DNA of 64,000 nucleotides, from the sequence record NC_004928.1; one strand, written 5' to 3'. The translations under genes and the position numbers were made by a program. How positions within the stretch are numbered: position 1 is the first letter of the stretch; every line of letters begins with the position of its first letter. This document shows positions 46,666 to 57,944 of the stretch, piece by piece. The notes beneath the pieces were generated by a model. The model was not told the DNA's origin and ran no database searches. It worked only from the letters and a program-made list of their open reading frames with translations. This DNA is from Escherichia phage RB69.

Positions 46666-47250
46666 TTAGCGCAAGGAAGGGTGTCTAGAAATGGATTTAG
46701 ATTCGACCGCTTGACGCGGTTGTTGAGATACAATGACTTCACCATCCTTTTCTATCGTCATATACGCATAGTGAATAGTTGCTACGCACGTAACGGCAGG
46801 GTCGGAGTCTTCAGTGTAACTAAATTCAATTTCGCTCAAATCGGAAATCCATGGTTTATAGAAATTTGCCGTCAAAACCACTTCAGTCTTATTGTTGTTT
46901 AAAATGTGCAAAGTAACAAACTCAGGACCATCGGCATGGGCTGTATTATGACCAGTTATATAGTTATTAGTGCTGAGCATCCATTTATACATGTTCATCC
47001 AGGACGTCATGTCTTCATCAACTATAAATCGTACAATAAAAGGGTCATATTCAAATGTAGTGCCTGCACGCATTGCACGTCCTAACCCCATTGTGCCTGT
47101 CACAGTTTCAACAACAGGAATTCTCACACCTGGCAATGGTGCCGTTTGGGCATTGAGCACAAAACCTGAAGTTCGTGTACTATCTGGGATATCCACAACA
47201 AAGTTTGTTATATTTGTTTGGTTAAAAATCTGTCTCGTTGGACGAGTCAT
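46666..47250 (-). CDS. 3: tail completion / sheath stabiliser protein gp3
   Basis: Position between genes 1 and 2; start trimmed to MTRPTRQ; identity by synteny. Confidence 0.55.
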   Translation of the reverse strand: MTRPTRQIFNQTNITNFVVDIPDSTRTSGFVLNAQTAPLPGVRIPVVETVTGTMGLGRAMRAGTTFEYDPFIVRFIVDEDMTSWMNMYKWMLSTNNYITGHNTAHADGPEFVTLHILNNNKTEVVLTANFYKPWISDLSEIEFSYTEDSDPAVTCVATIHYAYMTIEKDGEVIVSQQPRQAVESKSISRHPSLR

Positions 47251-47352
47251 AAGCACCTCAAAAACGCTTTAATAAAAATGCAGTATAATGGTTTTAGGTC
47301 TCTTCCATTAATCTGGTTCAACAGAATATCAGAAGAACGGAAGAGAATAGAA

Positions 47353-48174
47353 TTAAGATTTCCAAACAGTATTCGCAGAGAAACGTTTTCCTTTTGACAT
47401 AAACTGCTGAGTAGGTAACATGATTATGTTAGCCCAGTCTTTAGGAGCTATTTCTGTTATTGTTCCTCTAATGTGGCCTGGCAAGTATGCTTTAATCATT
47501 TTGTCCGCACCTTGAAATCCTTTCACCTTGCTCCAGTCTATCTTCAACTTTGTGTTATTAGTAATAGTAGTTGTGCTAGCATATTGCTTCAGCAATTCTT
47601 CAAGAAACTGTTGTCGTGCTTTAGGTGGGATATAGTGCAAGTTTAACCCGTACATCAAATTATGTTTACCTAATCCTAAATAAATAATCAAAGGATATCG
47701 GTCCCAGTATGGCAGAGTATCTTTATGTTTAGCATCATACACGTAAGTATAAATTTTGCCTGGCGCAGGCTTGACTACTTTATGACCTTTTACACTTTTC
47801 TTAATTGTTTCAACAAACCACTTAGATGATTTGTTGTTTACTGCTGCGCCTTCATTTCTAATCTTTTCTCGTATTGAACTGCGAAACGAGTTTATCATCA
47901 GAAGTTGACGTTCTTGCTTATTGAGTTTATTTTTAGGTTTAGATTCAAGCGTTTCAATTTTCTGTGCAGTCTTAATAGATGATGCATATCTAGACATTGC
48001 AGATGTAAACGACGAGTATTTTATTCCTTTTGATTCTGCAAATGCTTTTGCAGTGATTCCTTTCTCTTTAGCTTTCTTGTATTCTAATCCTATCTCAATC
48101 CATTTTCTTTCATTCATAGACTGAGCAATCTTAGGGGCTTGTACGCCTTCAGATATAATTTGGAATATGCTCAT
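47353..48174 (-). CDS. 2: DNA end protector protein gp2
   Basis: 273 aa (T4 gp2 about 274 aa); position between genes 3 and 4. Confidence 0.6.
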   Translation of the reverse strand: MSIFQIISEGVQAPKIAQSMNERKWIEIGLEYKKAKEKGITAKAFAESKGIKYSSFTSAMSRYASSIKTAQKIETLESKPKNKLNKQERQLLMINSFRSSIREKIRNEGAAVNNKSSKWFVETIKKSVKGHKVVKPAPGKIYTYVYDAKHKDTLPYWDRYPLIIYLGLGKHNLMYGLNLHYIPPKARQQFLEELLKQYASTTTITNNTKLKIDWSKVKGFQGADKMIKAYLPGHIRGTITEIAPKDWANIIMLPTQQFMSKGKRFSANTVWKS

Positions 48175-48176
48175 AA

Positions 48177-48626
48177 TTACCCCTTGTATCCGAGTTTCCT
48201 AAGTCCGTCTTCGGTTAGAACTCGAAATTTTATATTTCTCTTTTCAGCAACAGCTGAGGCAGCTTTCCATTTGTCACAGTTCACAGACCACACGTAGATC
48301 TCATTCATATAACGTTTCTTTGCTGCGGTAGTAAGATTTGCAGGCTTAATAGGTGGTTGAGTTTCTTTCTTTGGTTTTATTTCTACAAAGAACTCTTGAC
48401 CTGATGCATCTTTCATCCATATATCCATAAAGTATCGACGTTTTTTACCTTCTGCGTTACAGAAATATGGAATTACTGCTGTTTCGCTGCCCCATGCAAT
48501 AATTTCTGGATTTTTATCTAACCATTCGAAAAAGAATTTTTCCCAGTTTGAACGATACGTTATTTTGGTATGGTCTCCACGGTATTTTTTTAAATTTTTT
48601 GGGACCCATTTACCAGAGTAGGCCAT
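48177..48626 (-). CDS. 4: head completion protein gp4
   Basis: Track ORF trimmed to MAYSGKW with SD GGAGGA; 149 aa (T4 gp4 about 150 aa). Confidence 0.65.
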   Translation of the reverse strand: MAYSGKWVPKNLKKYRGDHTKITYRSNWEKFFFEWLDKNPEIIAWGSETAVIPYFCNAEGKKRRYFMDIWMKDASGQEFFVEIKPKKETQPPIKPANLTTAAKKRYMNEIYVWSVNCDKWKAASAVAEKRNIKFRVLTEDGLRKLGYKG

Positions 48627-48637
48627 GTTGTCCTCCT

Positions 48638-48645
48638 TATAAATA
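48638..48645 (+). promoter_or_regulatory. late promoter TATAAATA (plus strand) for gene 53
   Basis: exact T4 late-promoter octamer about 40 nt upstream of gene 53 start. Confidence 0.5.
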
Positions 48646-48652
48646 GTATTAT

Positions 48653-48660
48653 TATTTATA
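48653..48660 (-). promoter_or_regulatory. late promoter TATAAATA (minus strand) for gene 4
   Basis: forward TATTTATA; about 20 nt upstream of gene 4 SD. Confidence 0.5.
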
Positions 48661-48687
48661 CCAATTTCATATTGGAAGGAGACTATT

Positions 48688-49263
48688 TTGTTATTTACAT
48701 TCTTCGACCCAATAGGATATAGTGCTAAAACCATTAATAAGAATGCACCTACTATTCCTATGACAGACATATTTCGTAACTATAAAGAGTACTTTAAACG
48801 TGTTGCGACCAACTATAGATTACAAACTTATTATATTAAAGGTTCTCCGCGTCCTGAAGAACTAGCAAACATAATTTATGGCAACCCTCAATTATACTGG
48901 GTCCTTTTGATGTGTAATGATAACTATGATCCGTATTATGGTTGGATCACATCTCAGGAAGCAGCGTATCAAGCTTCTATTCAGAAATATGCAAATGCCG
49001 GCGGAGACCAAATTCTTTATCATATTAACGAAAAACGCGAGAAATTTTATAACTTAGTTTCATATCCAGATGAGCCATTAGTATGGTATGATAAAGGCGA
49101 CAAAGCTCGTAAGTATCCGCAATATAAAGGACCTTTAGCTGCAGTAGATACTTATGAAGCGGCTGTACTAGATAACGAAAAACTTCGTAAAATAAAAATT
49201 GTTGCAAAGGAAGATATAAACTCGTTTATCACTGATTTGATTCGTGAGATGGAGATTGCATAA
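48688..49263 (+). CDS. 53: baseplate wedge protein gp53 (TTG start)
   Basis: MLFTFFDPIGYSAKTINKNAPTIPMTDIFRNY matches T4 gp53; first codon is TTG preceded by SD GGAGA. Confidence 0.85.
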   Translation: MLFTFFDPIGYSAKTINKNAPTIPMTDIFRNYKEYFKRVATNYRLQTYYIKGSPRPEELANIIYGNPQLYWVLLMCNDNYDPYYGWITSQEAAYQASIQKYANAGGDQILYHINEKREKFYNLVSYPDEPLVWYDKGDKARKYPQYKGPLAAVDTYEAAVLDNEKLRKIKIVAKEDINSFITDLIREMEIA

Positions 49264-50996
49264 TGGAAATGATTAGTAGTAGCCTTAATTGGTTCGTTGG
49301 TGTTGTTGAAGACAGAATGGACCCATTGAAACAAGGGCGTGTTCGAGTACGAGTCGTAGGCCTGCATCCAGCACAGAGAGCACAAGGTGATGTACAAGGT
49401 ATTCCTACAGAAAAACTTCCATGGATGACTGTTATTCAACCTATTACATCTGCATCAATGTCGGGTATTGGTGGTTCTGTTACAGGCCCTGTTGAAGGAA
49501 CTCGAGTATATGGTCATTTCTTAGACAAATGGAAAACAAACGGTATTGTACTCGGTACATATGGTGGAATTGTACGCGAAAAGCCTAATAGACTCGAAGG
49601 TTTTTCCGACCCGACAGGTCAGTATCCGCGACGTTTAGGTAATGATACGAACGTATTAAACCAAGGTGGTGAAGCTGGCTATTATTCGAACTCTAACGTA
49701 ATTCAAGATAACAACTTAGATTATGGTATAAACCCAGATGATACAGATTTAGCAAATATTCCTGAAGATGATGACCCTAATTTTACAATAACAGAAATGT
49801 TACGTCGTGACGAAGGTCTTCGCGATAAAGTATATTGGGACCATCTAGGGTATCCTACAGTAGGTATTGGACACCTTATCGTAATGGAAAAGACCCGAGA
49901 CATGTCTCGAATTAATAAATTGTTATCCGATCAAGTAGGGCGTGAAGTAACAGGAAATCCCGGGACTATTACATTAGAAGAAGCAACAGCTCTATTTGAG
50001 AAGGACCTTGCTAAGATGCAGAAAGACATTCGTTCTAATTCTAAAGTAGGTCCTGTTTATGCTAAAATGAACAGGTCTCGCCAAATGGCATTAGAAAACA
50101 TGTGCTTCCAAATGGGCGTTGGCGGTGTAGCAAAATTCAATACTATGCTTAAAGCAATGGCCACAGGCGATTGGAAAACTGCATACAAATCTGGACGCGA
50201 TTCGTTATGGTTCCAACAGACTAAAGGGCGTGCTTCACGTGTAACAACAATTATTTTAACTGGTAACATGGAATCATATGGCGTTCCTGTTAAAACACCA
50301 CCTTCACCAGGAGTCGGTGCCGATTTAGTTACTAGAAATACCGATCCAGAAGACCCGGCTGGTCCTCCTGTTCCATTAGATTCACGTATCCTTTTTAAAG
50401 AACCGGAATCAAGTTATCGTGGTGAATACCCATATGTTCATGCTATGGAAACAGAAAGCGGTCATATCCAAGAGTTTGACGACACTCCAGGTAACGAACG
50501 TTATCGCTTAGTTCATCCAACAGGGTCATATGAGGAAGTTTCTCCGTCTGGTCGTCGCACTCGTAAAACTGTAGAAGACCTTTTTGACATCACTAATGGC
50601 GATGGGAATTTCCTGGTTTCTGGTGATAAACTTGTTAACGTTGGTGCTAACGAAATATATTATAACATGGCGGACCGCCTCCATCAAATAGATGGCAGCG
50701 ACACAATCTTTATTCGTGGCAACCAAGTTAAAACTGTTGAAGGTGATGGAACTCTTTACGTTAAGGGCAATATCAAAATAGTCGTTGACGGGAATGCAGA
50801 TATTCTTGTTAAAGGTGATGCTAAGTCTCAAGTTGAAGGGAATCATGACTATACTGTCAATGGTAATGTTAAATGGACTGTCAATGGTAATGTTGATATG
50901 ACTGTTGCTGGCAATTGGTCGGAGACAATGACTACAATGAGCTCAATAGCTTCAGGACAATATACTGTTGACGGATCTCGTATTGATATTGGGTAA
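49263..50996 (+). CDS. 5: baseplate hub and tail lysozyme gp5
   Basis: 577 aa; lysozyme domain (EGLRDKVYWDHLGYPTVGIGHL) and C-terminal VxGN beta-helix repeats. Confidence 0.9.
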   Translation: MEMISSSLNWFVGVVEDRMDPLKQGRVRVRVVGLHPAQRAQGDVQGIPTEKLPWMTVIQPITSASMSGIGGSVTGPVEGTRVYGHFLDKWKTNGIVLGTYGGIVREKPNRLEGFSDPTGQYPRRLGNDTNVLNQGGEAGYYSNSNVIQDNNLDYGINPDDTDLANIPEDDDPNFTITEMLRRDEGLRDKVYWDHLGYPTVGIGHLIVMEKTRDMSRINKLLSDQVGREVTGNPGTITLEEATALFEKDLAKMQKDIRSNSKVGPVYAKMNRSRQMALENMCFQMGVGGVAKFNTMLKAMATGDWKTAYKSGRDSLWFQQTKGRASRVTTIILTGNMESYGVPVKTPPSPGVGADLVTRNTDPEDPAGPPVPLDSRILFKEPESSYRGEYPYVHAMETESGHIQEFDDTPGNERYRLVHPTGSYEEVSPSGRRTRKTVEDLFDITNGDGNFLVSGDKLVNVGANEIYYNMADRLHQIDGSDTIFIRGNQVKTVEGDGTLYVKGNIKIVVDGNADILVKGDAKSQVEGNHDYTVNGNVKWTVNGNVDMTVAGNWSETMTTMSSIASGQYTVDGSRIDIG

Positions 50997-50999
50997 TAT

Positions 51000-51515
51000 A
51001 TGGCACAAATACTTCCTTTAAATACCGACTTAGGAGAAGACATGGAAGGGGCGTCTATTGACGTCCTTTTTACTCCACAGTTAGAAACTACCGAAACTTT
51101 GGTGTCAATAAATATAATAGATTATGAACCAACACAAGGCATTACAGTTGACGGTAATCACTTATATGGAACATATGAAAGCGTATTTAGCTTTTCTTCA
51201 GATGCATTGAAATATCGATTAAACGATGATTTTAAAACTGCATCTTCATGGGAAGATTTACCGCAAGACCAAAGCACTCAACTATATTTGTGGAGAGCTC
51301 CTCAGAACCTCCGTAAAGTATTTAGTTATACGGTTGAAATGATTTATAACTACCAAGAAGAAGGTTCATCAGGCGGCTCAAGAAGTGACTCTAGTACAGA
51401 ACCTCCGCCGGCTCCGGTACAAAAAACTCTTACTAAGGTTTATACAAAAACTATAGTAGGAAATTGGAGCAAATGGGCTCAACAATTACGAAACTATGTT
51501 TATGCGAGGCCATAA
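51000..51515 (+). CDS. hypothetical baseplate-region protein (5.1 position)
   Basis: 171-aa ORF between genes 5 and 5.4. Confidence 0.5.
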   Translation: MAQILPLNTDLGEDMEGASIDVLFTPQLETTETLVSINIIDYEPTQGITVDGNHLYGTYESVFSFSSDALKYRLNDDFKTASSWEDLPQDQSTQLYLWRAPQNLRKVFSYTVEMIYNYQEEGSSGGSRSDSSTEPPPAPVQKTLTKVYTKTIVGNWSKWAQQLRNYVYARP

Positions 51516-51517
51516 AA

Positions 51518-51811
51518 ATGTCTGGCTTAAGTTACGACCAGTGCGTTACAACAGGTCATGAAGCATGGCCTCCTACAATAATTAATGCTTCTCAATCTAA
51601 AGTATTCACCGGCGGTATTCCTGTTCTTGTAGCAGGAGACCAAATAACACCTCATACAGAAATTAAAAAACCGTACGAGACTCATGGAGGTGTTACTGAA
51701 CCTCGTACATCTAAAGTATATGTCACAGGTAAAAAGGCCGTTCAAATGGCTGACCCAATTTCATGCGGGGATACTGTTTCTCAGGCCTCGTCAAAAGTCT
51801 TTATAAAATAG
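51518..51811 (+). CDS. 5.4: PAAR-repeat spike tip protein gp5.4
   Basis: [41 protein letters not shown] matches T4 gp5.4; start trimmed. Confidence 0.75.
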   Translation: MSGLSYDQCVTTGHEAWPPTIINASQSKVFTGGIPVLVAGDQITPHTEIKKPYETHGGVTEPRTSKVYVTGKKAVQMADPISCGDTVSQASSKVFIK

Positions 51812-51819
51812 GAATTAAA

Positions 51820-53790
51820 ATGGCAAACACTCCTGTAAATTATCAGTTAGTCAGAACGGCGAATGCTATTCCCGAAATTTTTATCGGGGGCACATTTGCC
51901 GAAATTAAAACAAATATAATAGAATGGCTCAATGGACAGAACGAATTTCTTGATTATGATTTTGAAGGTTCGCGTTTAAACGTATTGTGTGACCTTTTAG
52001 CATATAATACTCTTTATATCCAACAGTTCAGTAATAGTGCAGTGTATGAAAGCTTTATGCGTACTGCTAACTTGCGCAGTTCCGTTGTACAAGCGGCTCA
52101 GGATAATGGATATCTGCCTGCATCTAAATCAGCAGCACAAACAGAAATTATGCTCACATGTACGGATGCATTAAATAGAAACTATATCACTATTCCACGT
52201 GGTACTCGTTTCCTGGCGTATGCTAAAGGTACTTCTGTAAATCCATATAACTTTGTTTCCACCGAAGACGTCATTGTAGTTAAAGACAAAAATAATCAAT
52301 ATTTCCCACGTCTTAGGTTAGCTCAGGGACGTATTGTTCGTACTGAATTAACATTTGATAAATTAAAACCTATCATTATTCGTGATAAGAACATCGACCG
52401 TAATTTGGTTAAATTGTATGTTGACGGAGCAGAATGGATTAACTGGACTCGCAAATCGATGGTTCATGCTGGTTCTACTTCGACCATTTATTATATGCGA
52501 GAAACTGTTGACGGGAACACTGAATTTTATTTTGGTGAAGGTGAAATCTCTATTAGCACATCAGAAGGTGCTTTAACATCCAACTACATTGGTGGCCTTA
52601 AACCTGTCCAGGGTTCTAAAATCGTAATTGAATATATTTCTACTAATGGTGCTGAAGCAAATGGTGCAGTAGGATTCTCTTATGCTGATACATTAGCTAA
52701 TATCACAGTTATTGGAATTAATGAAAACCCAAGTAATAACCCTGACTTCGTTGGTGCGGATGGCGGTGGCGACCCTGAAGATATTGAACGTATCCGTGAA
52801 TTAGGTACAATTAAACGTGAAACTCAACAACGATGTGTGACTGCGACAGATTACGACACATTCGTCTCTGAACGATTTGGTTCTATTATTCAAGCGGTTC
52901 AGACATTTACGGATTCATCTAAGCCTGGGTACGCATTTATTGCTGCTAAACCTAAGTCTGGGTTATATTTGACTTCCGTCCAACGAGATGATATTAAAAA
53001 TTATCTTAATGAGTATAACTTAGGGACGATAACTCCTGTTGTTATTTCTCCTGATTATTTGTTTATTAAAATGAATATTCGCGTTACGTATGCATTGAAC
53101 AAATTACAAGAATCTGAACAATGGTTAGAAGGCCAAATTATTAATAAAATCGACCGGTATTATATTGAAGACGTGGAAATTTTTAACTCGTCATTCGCAA
53201 AATCTAAAATGCTAACGTATGTCGATGACGCAGATATTTCTATCATTGGTTCGTCTGCGACTATTCAAATGGTTCGCGAGGTACAGAACTTCTACAAAAC
53301 ACCTGAAACAGGTATTAAATACAATAACCAGATTAAAGATAGAACATTAGAATCTAACGTGTTTTCATTTGATAGTTTACGCGTTGACCCTGAAACGGAA
53401 GCTACTATTAAATATGACGTTCGCATTGTAGGTTCAGATAGAAATGACCGTGGCATTGGACAAGTTATCATTGGTCCGTTTGCAGATGGCGACGTTATAG
53501 AAAATGCTTATATTCAACCATATACTGGTGACGATTTTAATAAACTTCATGTTACGGACGGAAGAAACAAATATTACTCTATAGGTGAAGTAAATTATCC
53601 GGCTGATTCAATTTATTGGAATATAGCTAAAATTGATTTAACTTCTGATAGGTTTGAAGTTCAAACTATTGAACTCTATTCAGACCCAGCTGATGATGTT
53701 ATCTTTACTAAAGACGGGTCATTAATTGTATTTGAAAATGACTTACGTCCGCAATATTTAACCATAGATTTGGAGCCTATTTCACAATGA
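51820..53790 (+). CDS. 6: baseplate wedge protein gp6
   Basis: MANTPVNYQLVRTANAIPEIFIGGTFAEIK matches T4 gp6; track start is an upstream non-ATG extension. Confidence 0.9.
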   Translation: MANTPVNYQLVRTANAIPEIFIGGTFAEIKTNIIEWLNGQNEFLDYDFEGSRLNVLCDLLAYNTLYIQQFSNSAVYESFMRTANLRSSVVQAAQDNGYLPASKSAAQTEIMLTCTDALNRNYITIPRGTRFLAYAKGTSVNPYNFVSTEDVIVVKDKNNQYFPRLRLAQGRIVRTELTFDKLKPIIIRDKNIDRNLVKLYVDGAEWINWTRKSMVHAGSTSTIYYMRETVDGNTEFYFGEGEISISTSEGALTSNYIGGLKPVQGSKIVIEYISTNGAEANGAVGFSYADTLANITVIGINENPSNNPDFVGADGGGDPEDIERIRELGTIKRETQQRCVTATDYDTFVSERFGSIIQAVQTFTDSSKPGYAFIAAKPKSGLYLTSVQRDDIKNYLNEYNLGTITPVVISPDYLFIKMNIRVTYALNKLQESEQWLEGQIINKIDRYYIEDVEIFNSSFAKSKMLTYVDDADISIIGSSATIQMVREVQNFYKTPETGIKYNNQIKDRTLESNVFSFDSLRVDPETEATIKYDVRIVGSDRNDRGIGQVIIGPFADGDVIENAYIQPYTGDDFNKLHVTDGRNKYYSIGEVNYPADSIYWNIAKIDLTSDRFEVQTIELYSDPADDVIFTKDGSLIVFENDLRPQYLTIDLEPISQ

Positions 53791-56700
53791 CAGTAAAAGC
53801 GCCAGCAGTCACGAGTCTCAGATTATCTAAATTGTCCGCAAACCAAGTTCAAATTCGCTGGGATGAGGTTGGCGCTAATTTCTACTATTTTGTGGAAATA
53901 GCTGAGACCAAAACAGCTAATGGGGAAGCAATTCCCCGTAATAGCTATAGATGGACTAATTTAGGATATACCGCTGATAACAATTTCTTTGAGTCTGGTT
54001 TAAATTCATTAACAACATATATGATGCGTGTGGCTACAGCAGCGGAGGGATTTGAGCAGTCTGATTGGAGATACACCGAAGAGTTTGAAACATTTGAAAT
54101 AAACGCTTACACATTCCAACATATGATTGAAATGCAATTAGCTAACGAGTTTATTTCTGAAAAATTTACAAAAAATAATACAAACTACGTTGATTTTAAT
54201 AATGACACGATCATGGCAGCACTGATGAGCGAGTCGTTCCAATTTAGTCCTGCATACACCGATGTGTCATCGATTAGAAATTTTATAATTGGTGAAAATC
54301 AGTATCATGAAATCCAGGGGCATATCCAGGACGTATGTAAAGATATAAATCGAGTATATCTAATGGAATCTGAAGGAATTCTTTACCTTTTTGAAAGATT
54401 CCAACCTATTGTAAAAGTGTCTAATGATAAAGGCCAAACATGGAAAGCGGTTAAATTGCTTAATGACCGTGTAGGATATCCACTTTCACGAACTGTATAT
54501 TACCAATCAGAATATACGACGTATTTGCTCGGCTATGATAAGATTTTTTACGGGCGTAAATCATCCGATATTCGTTGGTCTGCTGATGATGTTCGTTTCA
54601 GTTCACAAGATGTAACATTTGCTAAAATCGGGGACCGATTAAATTTAGGTTTTGATGTAGAGATTTTCGGTACATACGCGTCATTACCAGGAAACGTATC
54701 ACGTATTGCAGAAGCTATTACTTGTAATGATGACTATGTTTATATTGCGGCCAGAGATAAAGTTCGCTTCGTTAAAACCAGTAACGCTCCTATTGATTCA
54801 GATCCATTATCTCCGACCTATTCCGAACGGTTGTTTGAACCTGAGACGTTTACAATAACAGGCAACCCTAAAGCAGTTTGTTATAAAATGGATTCTGTTG
54901 GTGGAAGAATATTCGCTCTTATTATTGGTGAAGTCGAAAACGTTAATGACGACCCAAGAACAAAGCCTATTTTAGATTCCGTTGATAAAGGTGTATACGT
55001 TTTAGACCATGACGCTGGAACATTTAAAAGGATATTTGGTAATACCGAAGAAGAACGCCGTCGTATAGAACCGGCTTTCACCAATATGTCTACTGATGGT
55101 GTTGAGCTTTATATCTCTTCTAGTAATTTTAAATTTTTAGAATCTGATATTGTTGACGACCCAGAAACGCAATCTAAGTATGGACTTTTAGGAGCAGTTA
55201 AGTATGAATATCCTAGAGAATGGCTCGCAGATAAACATTACCATATGATGATTTTCGCATCAAACGAAGAAAGTAATTGGGAAACTTTTTCACCAACTCC
55301 TATGCAGTATTATGCAGAACCTTTCTTTAGTTATTCTAGAAAATCAGGCACACGTTCTTGGATTAATAACTCTGATAGAGCGGTAGTGATTTATTCTGAT
55401 TTGCTTTACACAAAGGTAGTGGAAAGCCACCCTAGCACTTCACCTGATCGTAAAGTTCATGAATACTGGAATGATGGTGATTGTAAGATTGTTATGCCGA
55501 ATATAGAATTCACTGGATTTAAAAAATACGCATCTGGTATGTTGTTTTATAAATCATCAGGTGAAATAATTTCATATTACGATTTTAGTTATCGTGTTAG
55601 AGATAACGTTTCTATAATTTGGAAGCCCACTAACGTATTTTTGACCTCCTCATTACAAAACCAAGAAAAAGAAACTTCTTGGGTTCCTGTTGAAGAGACA
55701 GGTCTAGCTGACCCGGATTTACGCCCATTACTCACTACAATGATGCCAGAGTCTTATCTGTTGGATAATACAAACTTTGAAGCATTTTGTGAAGCGTACA
55801 TTCAATATCTTTCTGATGGATACGGGACTCATTATAATAACTTATTGAATTTGATTAAAAATAAATACCCACGAGAAGAACACGCATGGGAATATCTTTG
55901 GTCTGAAATTTATAAACGGAACATTTATTTGAATGCTGAGAAACGTGATTTAGTTTCTAGGTTCTTTGAGTCCAGAAGTTACGATTTTTATTCTACTAAA
56001 GGAACTGAAGCGTCGTATAAGTTTTTGTTTAAAGTTCTTTATAACGAAGACGTTGAAGTGGAAATTGAGTCATCTGCTGGAACAGAGTACGATATCATAA
56101 TTCAATCCGATTCTATAAGTGAAGATTTGGTTGGACAAACTATATACACTGCTACAGGTAGATGTAATGTTACATATTTAGAAAGAAGCTATTCTAAAGG
56201 TAAATTACAATGGACTGTGACTATTCATAACCTTTTAGGTAGGCTTTTAGTCGGTCAAGAAGTAAAAGCCGAAAGACTAGCAGATTTTGAAGGTGAAATA
56301 GTTCGCGGTATTAAAGGTAAAGAACTTGCCCAAAACACTATCGATTATTTTAATCGTGGTAGAGCTTATTACGTCATGAAAATAAAGTCAAATCTTCCGT
56401 CCTCTCGTTGGAAATCTGACGTACTACGTTTTGTACATCCGGTAGGATTTGGATTTATTGCAATAACCTTATTAACAATGTTTATTAATACAGGATTAAC
56501 GCTTAAACATGTTGAAACTATTATTAATAAATATAAAAATTATAAGTGGGATTCCGGACTGCCTACGGAATATGCAGACCGCGTCGCTCGTTTAGACCCT
56601 CAAGGTAATGTAGAATTCAATCCTGCTACAGGTGAAGTAATTTATGATGCCGGTCCTTATGCTGGTATCGAATACCCTTTACCTGCAAATTATAACGAAG

Positions 56701-56885
56701 AAAATGATAACTCTATTTTCCAAGGACAATTACCGTCCGAACGACGCAAGCCAATGAGCCCATTATTTGATGCATCAGGTACAACGTTCTCTAGATTTAG
56801 AGAGCTTGTTAATGAAAGATTGTTAGATAACGTGGGAAATCCTAGAGACCCGATTAATCCACCACAGGTTAAATTAGATGAATGA
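53787..56885 (+). CDS. 7: baseplate wedge protein gp7
   Basis: 1032 aa, same length as T4 gp7; synteny. Confidence 0.9.
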   Translation: MTVKAPAVTSLRLSKLSANQVQIRWDEVGANFYYFVEIAETKTANGEAIPRNSYRWTNLGYTADNNFFESGLNSLTTYMMRVATAAEGFEQSDWRYTEEFETFEINAYTFQHMIEMQLANEFISEKFTKNNTNYVDFNNDTIMAALMSESFQFSPAYTDVSSIRNFIIGENQYHEIQGHIQDVCKDINRVYLMESEGILYLFERFQPIVKVSNDKGQTWKAVKLLNDRVGYPLSRTVYYQSEYTTYLLGYDKIFYGRKSSDIRWSADDVRFSSQDVTFAKIGDRLNLGFDVEIFGTYASLPGNVSRIAEAITCNDDYVYIAARDKVRFVKTSNAPIDSDPLSPTYSERLFEPETFTITGNPKAVCYKMDSVGGRIFALIIGEVENVNDDPRTKPILDSVDKGVYVLDHDAGTFKRIFGNTEEERRRIEPAFTNMSTDGVELYISSSNFKFLESDIVDDPETQSKYGLLGAVKYEYPREWLADKHYHMMIFASNEESNWETFSPTPMQYYAEPFFSYSRKSGTRSWINNSDRAVVIYSDLLYTKVVESHPSTSPDRKVHEYWNDGDCKIVMPNIEFTGFKKYASGMLFYKSSGEIISYYDFSYRVRDNVSIIWKPTNVFLTSSLQNQEKETSWVPVEETGLADPDLRPLLTTMMPESYLLDNTNFEAFCEAYIQYLSDGYGTHYNNLLNLIKNKYPREEHAWEYLWSEIYKRNIYLNAEKRDLVSRFFESRSYDFYSTKGTEASYKFLFKVLYNEDVEVEIESSAGTEYDIIIQSDSISEDLVGQTIYTATGRCNVTYLERSYSKGKLQWTVTIHNLLGRLLVGQEVKAERLADFEGEIVRGIKGKELAQNTIDYFNRGRAYYVMKIKSNLPSSRWKSDVLRFVHPVGFGFIAITLLTMFINTGLTLKHVETIINKYKNYKWDSGLPTEYADRVARLDPQGNVEFNPATGEVIYDAGPYAGIEYPLPANYNEENDNSIFQGQLPSERRKPMSPLFDASGTTFSRFRELVNERLLDNVGNPRDPINPPQVKLDE

Positions 56886-57882
56886 TTCAAGTGTTGTCTA
56901 TCGTTCGATAGTTACTTCAAAATTTAGAACTGAAAAAATGTTGAATTTCTACAATTCAATAGGTGATGGTGATAATAAAAACACCATCTTTATAACGTTT
57001 GGTCGGTCTGAACCATGGGCTGCTAATGAAAATGAGGTGGGCTTCGCCCCACCGTATCCAACAGACTCGGTTTTAGGTGTAACAGATATGTGGACTAACA
57101 TGATGGGTTTAGTTAAAGTTATCCCATCTATGTTAGACTCGGTTATTCCTAGACGTGACTGGGGAGATATTCGTTATCCGGACCCTTATACATTCAAAAT
57201 AAATGATATAGTCGTATGTAATACAGCCCCATATAATGCCACTGAAGTCGGAGCTGGATGGTTAGTATACCGTTGCGTAGATGTTCCTGATGTTGGGATG
57301 TGTTCTATTGAGTCTCTCGACAACAAAGAAGAATGTCTTAAATTAGGCGGTAAATGGACTCCATCTGTTAGGTCTTTAACCCCTCCTGAAGGCCGTGGAG
57401 ATGCTGAAGGGATTATCGAAGTTGGTGATGGATATATATGGGAGTATCTTTATGAGATTCCACCTGATGTGTCTATAAACCGATGTACTAATGAATATAT
57501 AGTCGTTCCATGGCCGGAAGAAGTTAAAGAAGACCCTGCTCGTTGGGGATATGAAAACAATCTAACCTGGCAACAAGATGATTTTGGCCTTGTGTATAGA
57601 GTTAAAGCAAACATAATTCGTTTTAAAGCCTATTTAGACTCAGTTTATTTCCCTAATGCAGCACTGCCTGGTAATAAAGGATTTAGACAAATTTCTATTA
57701 TCACAAACCCCTTGGAAGCTAAACTCCGTCCTAATGACCCTAATATAAAGGCTGAAAAGGATTATTATGACCCCAGAGATTTACAGCGTCATTCTGGTGA
57801 AATGATTTATATGGAAAACCGTCCACCTATTATTATGGCAATGGACCAAACCGAAGAGATCAATATTTTGTTTATGTTCTAA
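56878..57882 (+). CDS. 8: baseplate wedge protein gp8
   Basis: 334 aa; MNDSSVVYRSIVTSKFRTEKMLNFYNSIG near-identical to T4 gp8. Confidence 0.9.
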   Translation: MNDSSVVYRSIVTSKFRTEKMLNFYNSIGDGDNKNTIFITFGRSEPWAANENEVGFAPPYPTDSVLGVTDMWTNMMGLVKVIPSMLDSVIPRRDWGDIRYPDPYTFKINDIVVCNTAPYNATEVGAGWLVYRCVDVPDVGMCSIESLDNKEECLKLGGKWTPSVRSLTPPEGRGDAEGIIEVGDGYIWEYLYEIPPDVSINRCTNEYIVVPWPEEVKEDPARWGYENNLTWQQDDFGLVYRVKANIIRFKAYLDSVYFPNAALPGNKGFRQISIITNPLEAKLRPNDPNIKAEKDYYDPRDLQRHSGEMIYMENRPPIIMAMDQTEEINILFMF

Positions 57883-57911
57883 TTTAGGGAGACTTCGGTC
57901 TCCCTTTCGTG

Positions 57912-57919
57912 TATAAATA
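57912..57919 (+). promoter_or_regulatory. late promoter TATAAATA upstream of gene 9
   Basis: exact octamer 26 nt upstream of ATG. Confidence 0.5.
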
Positions 57920-57944
57920 GTATAAACTATTAAGGATTAGCCAC

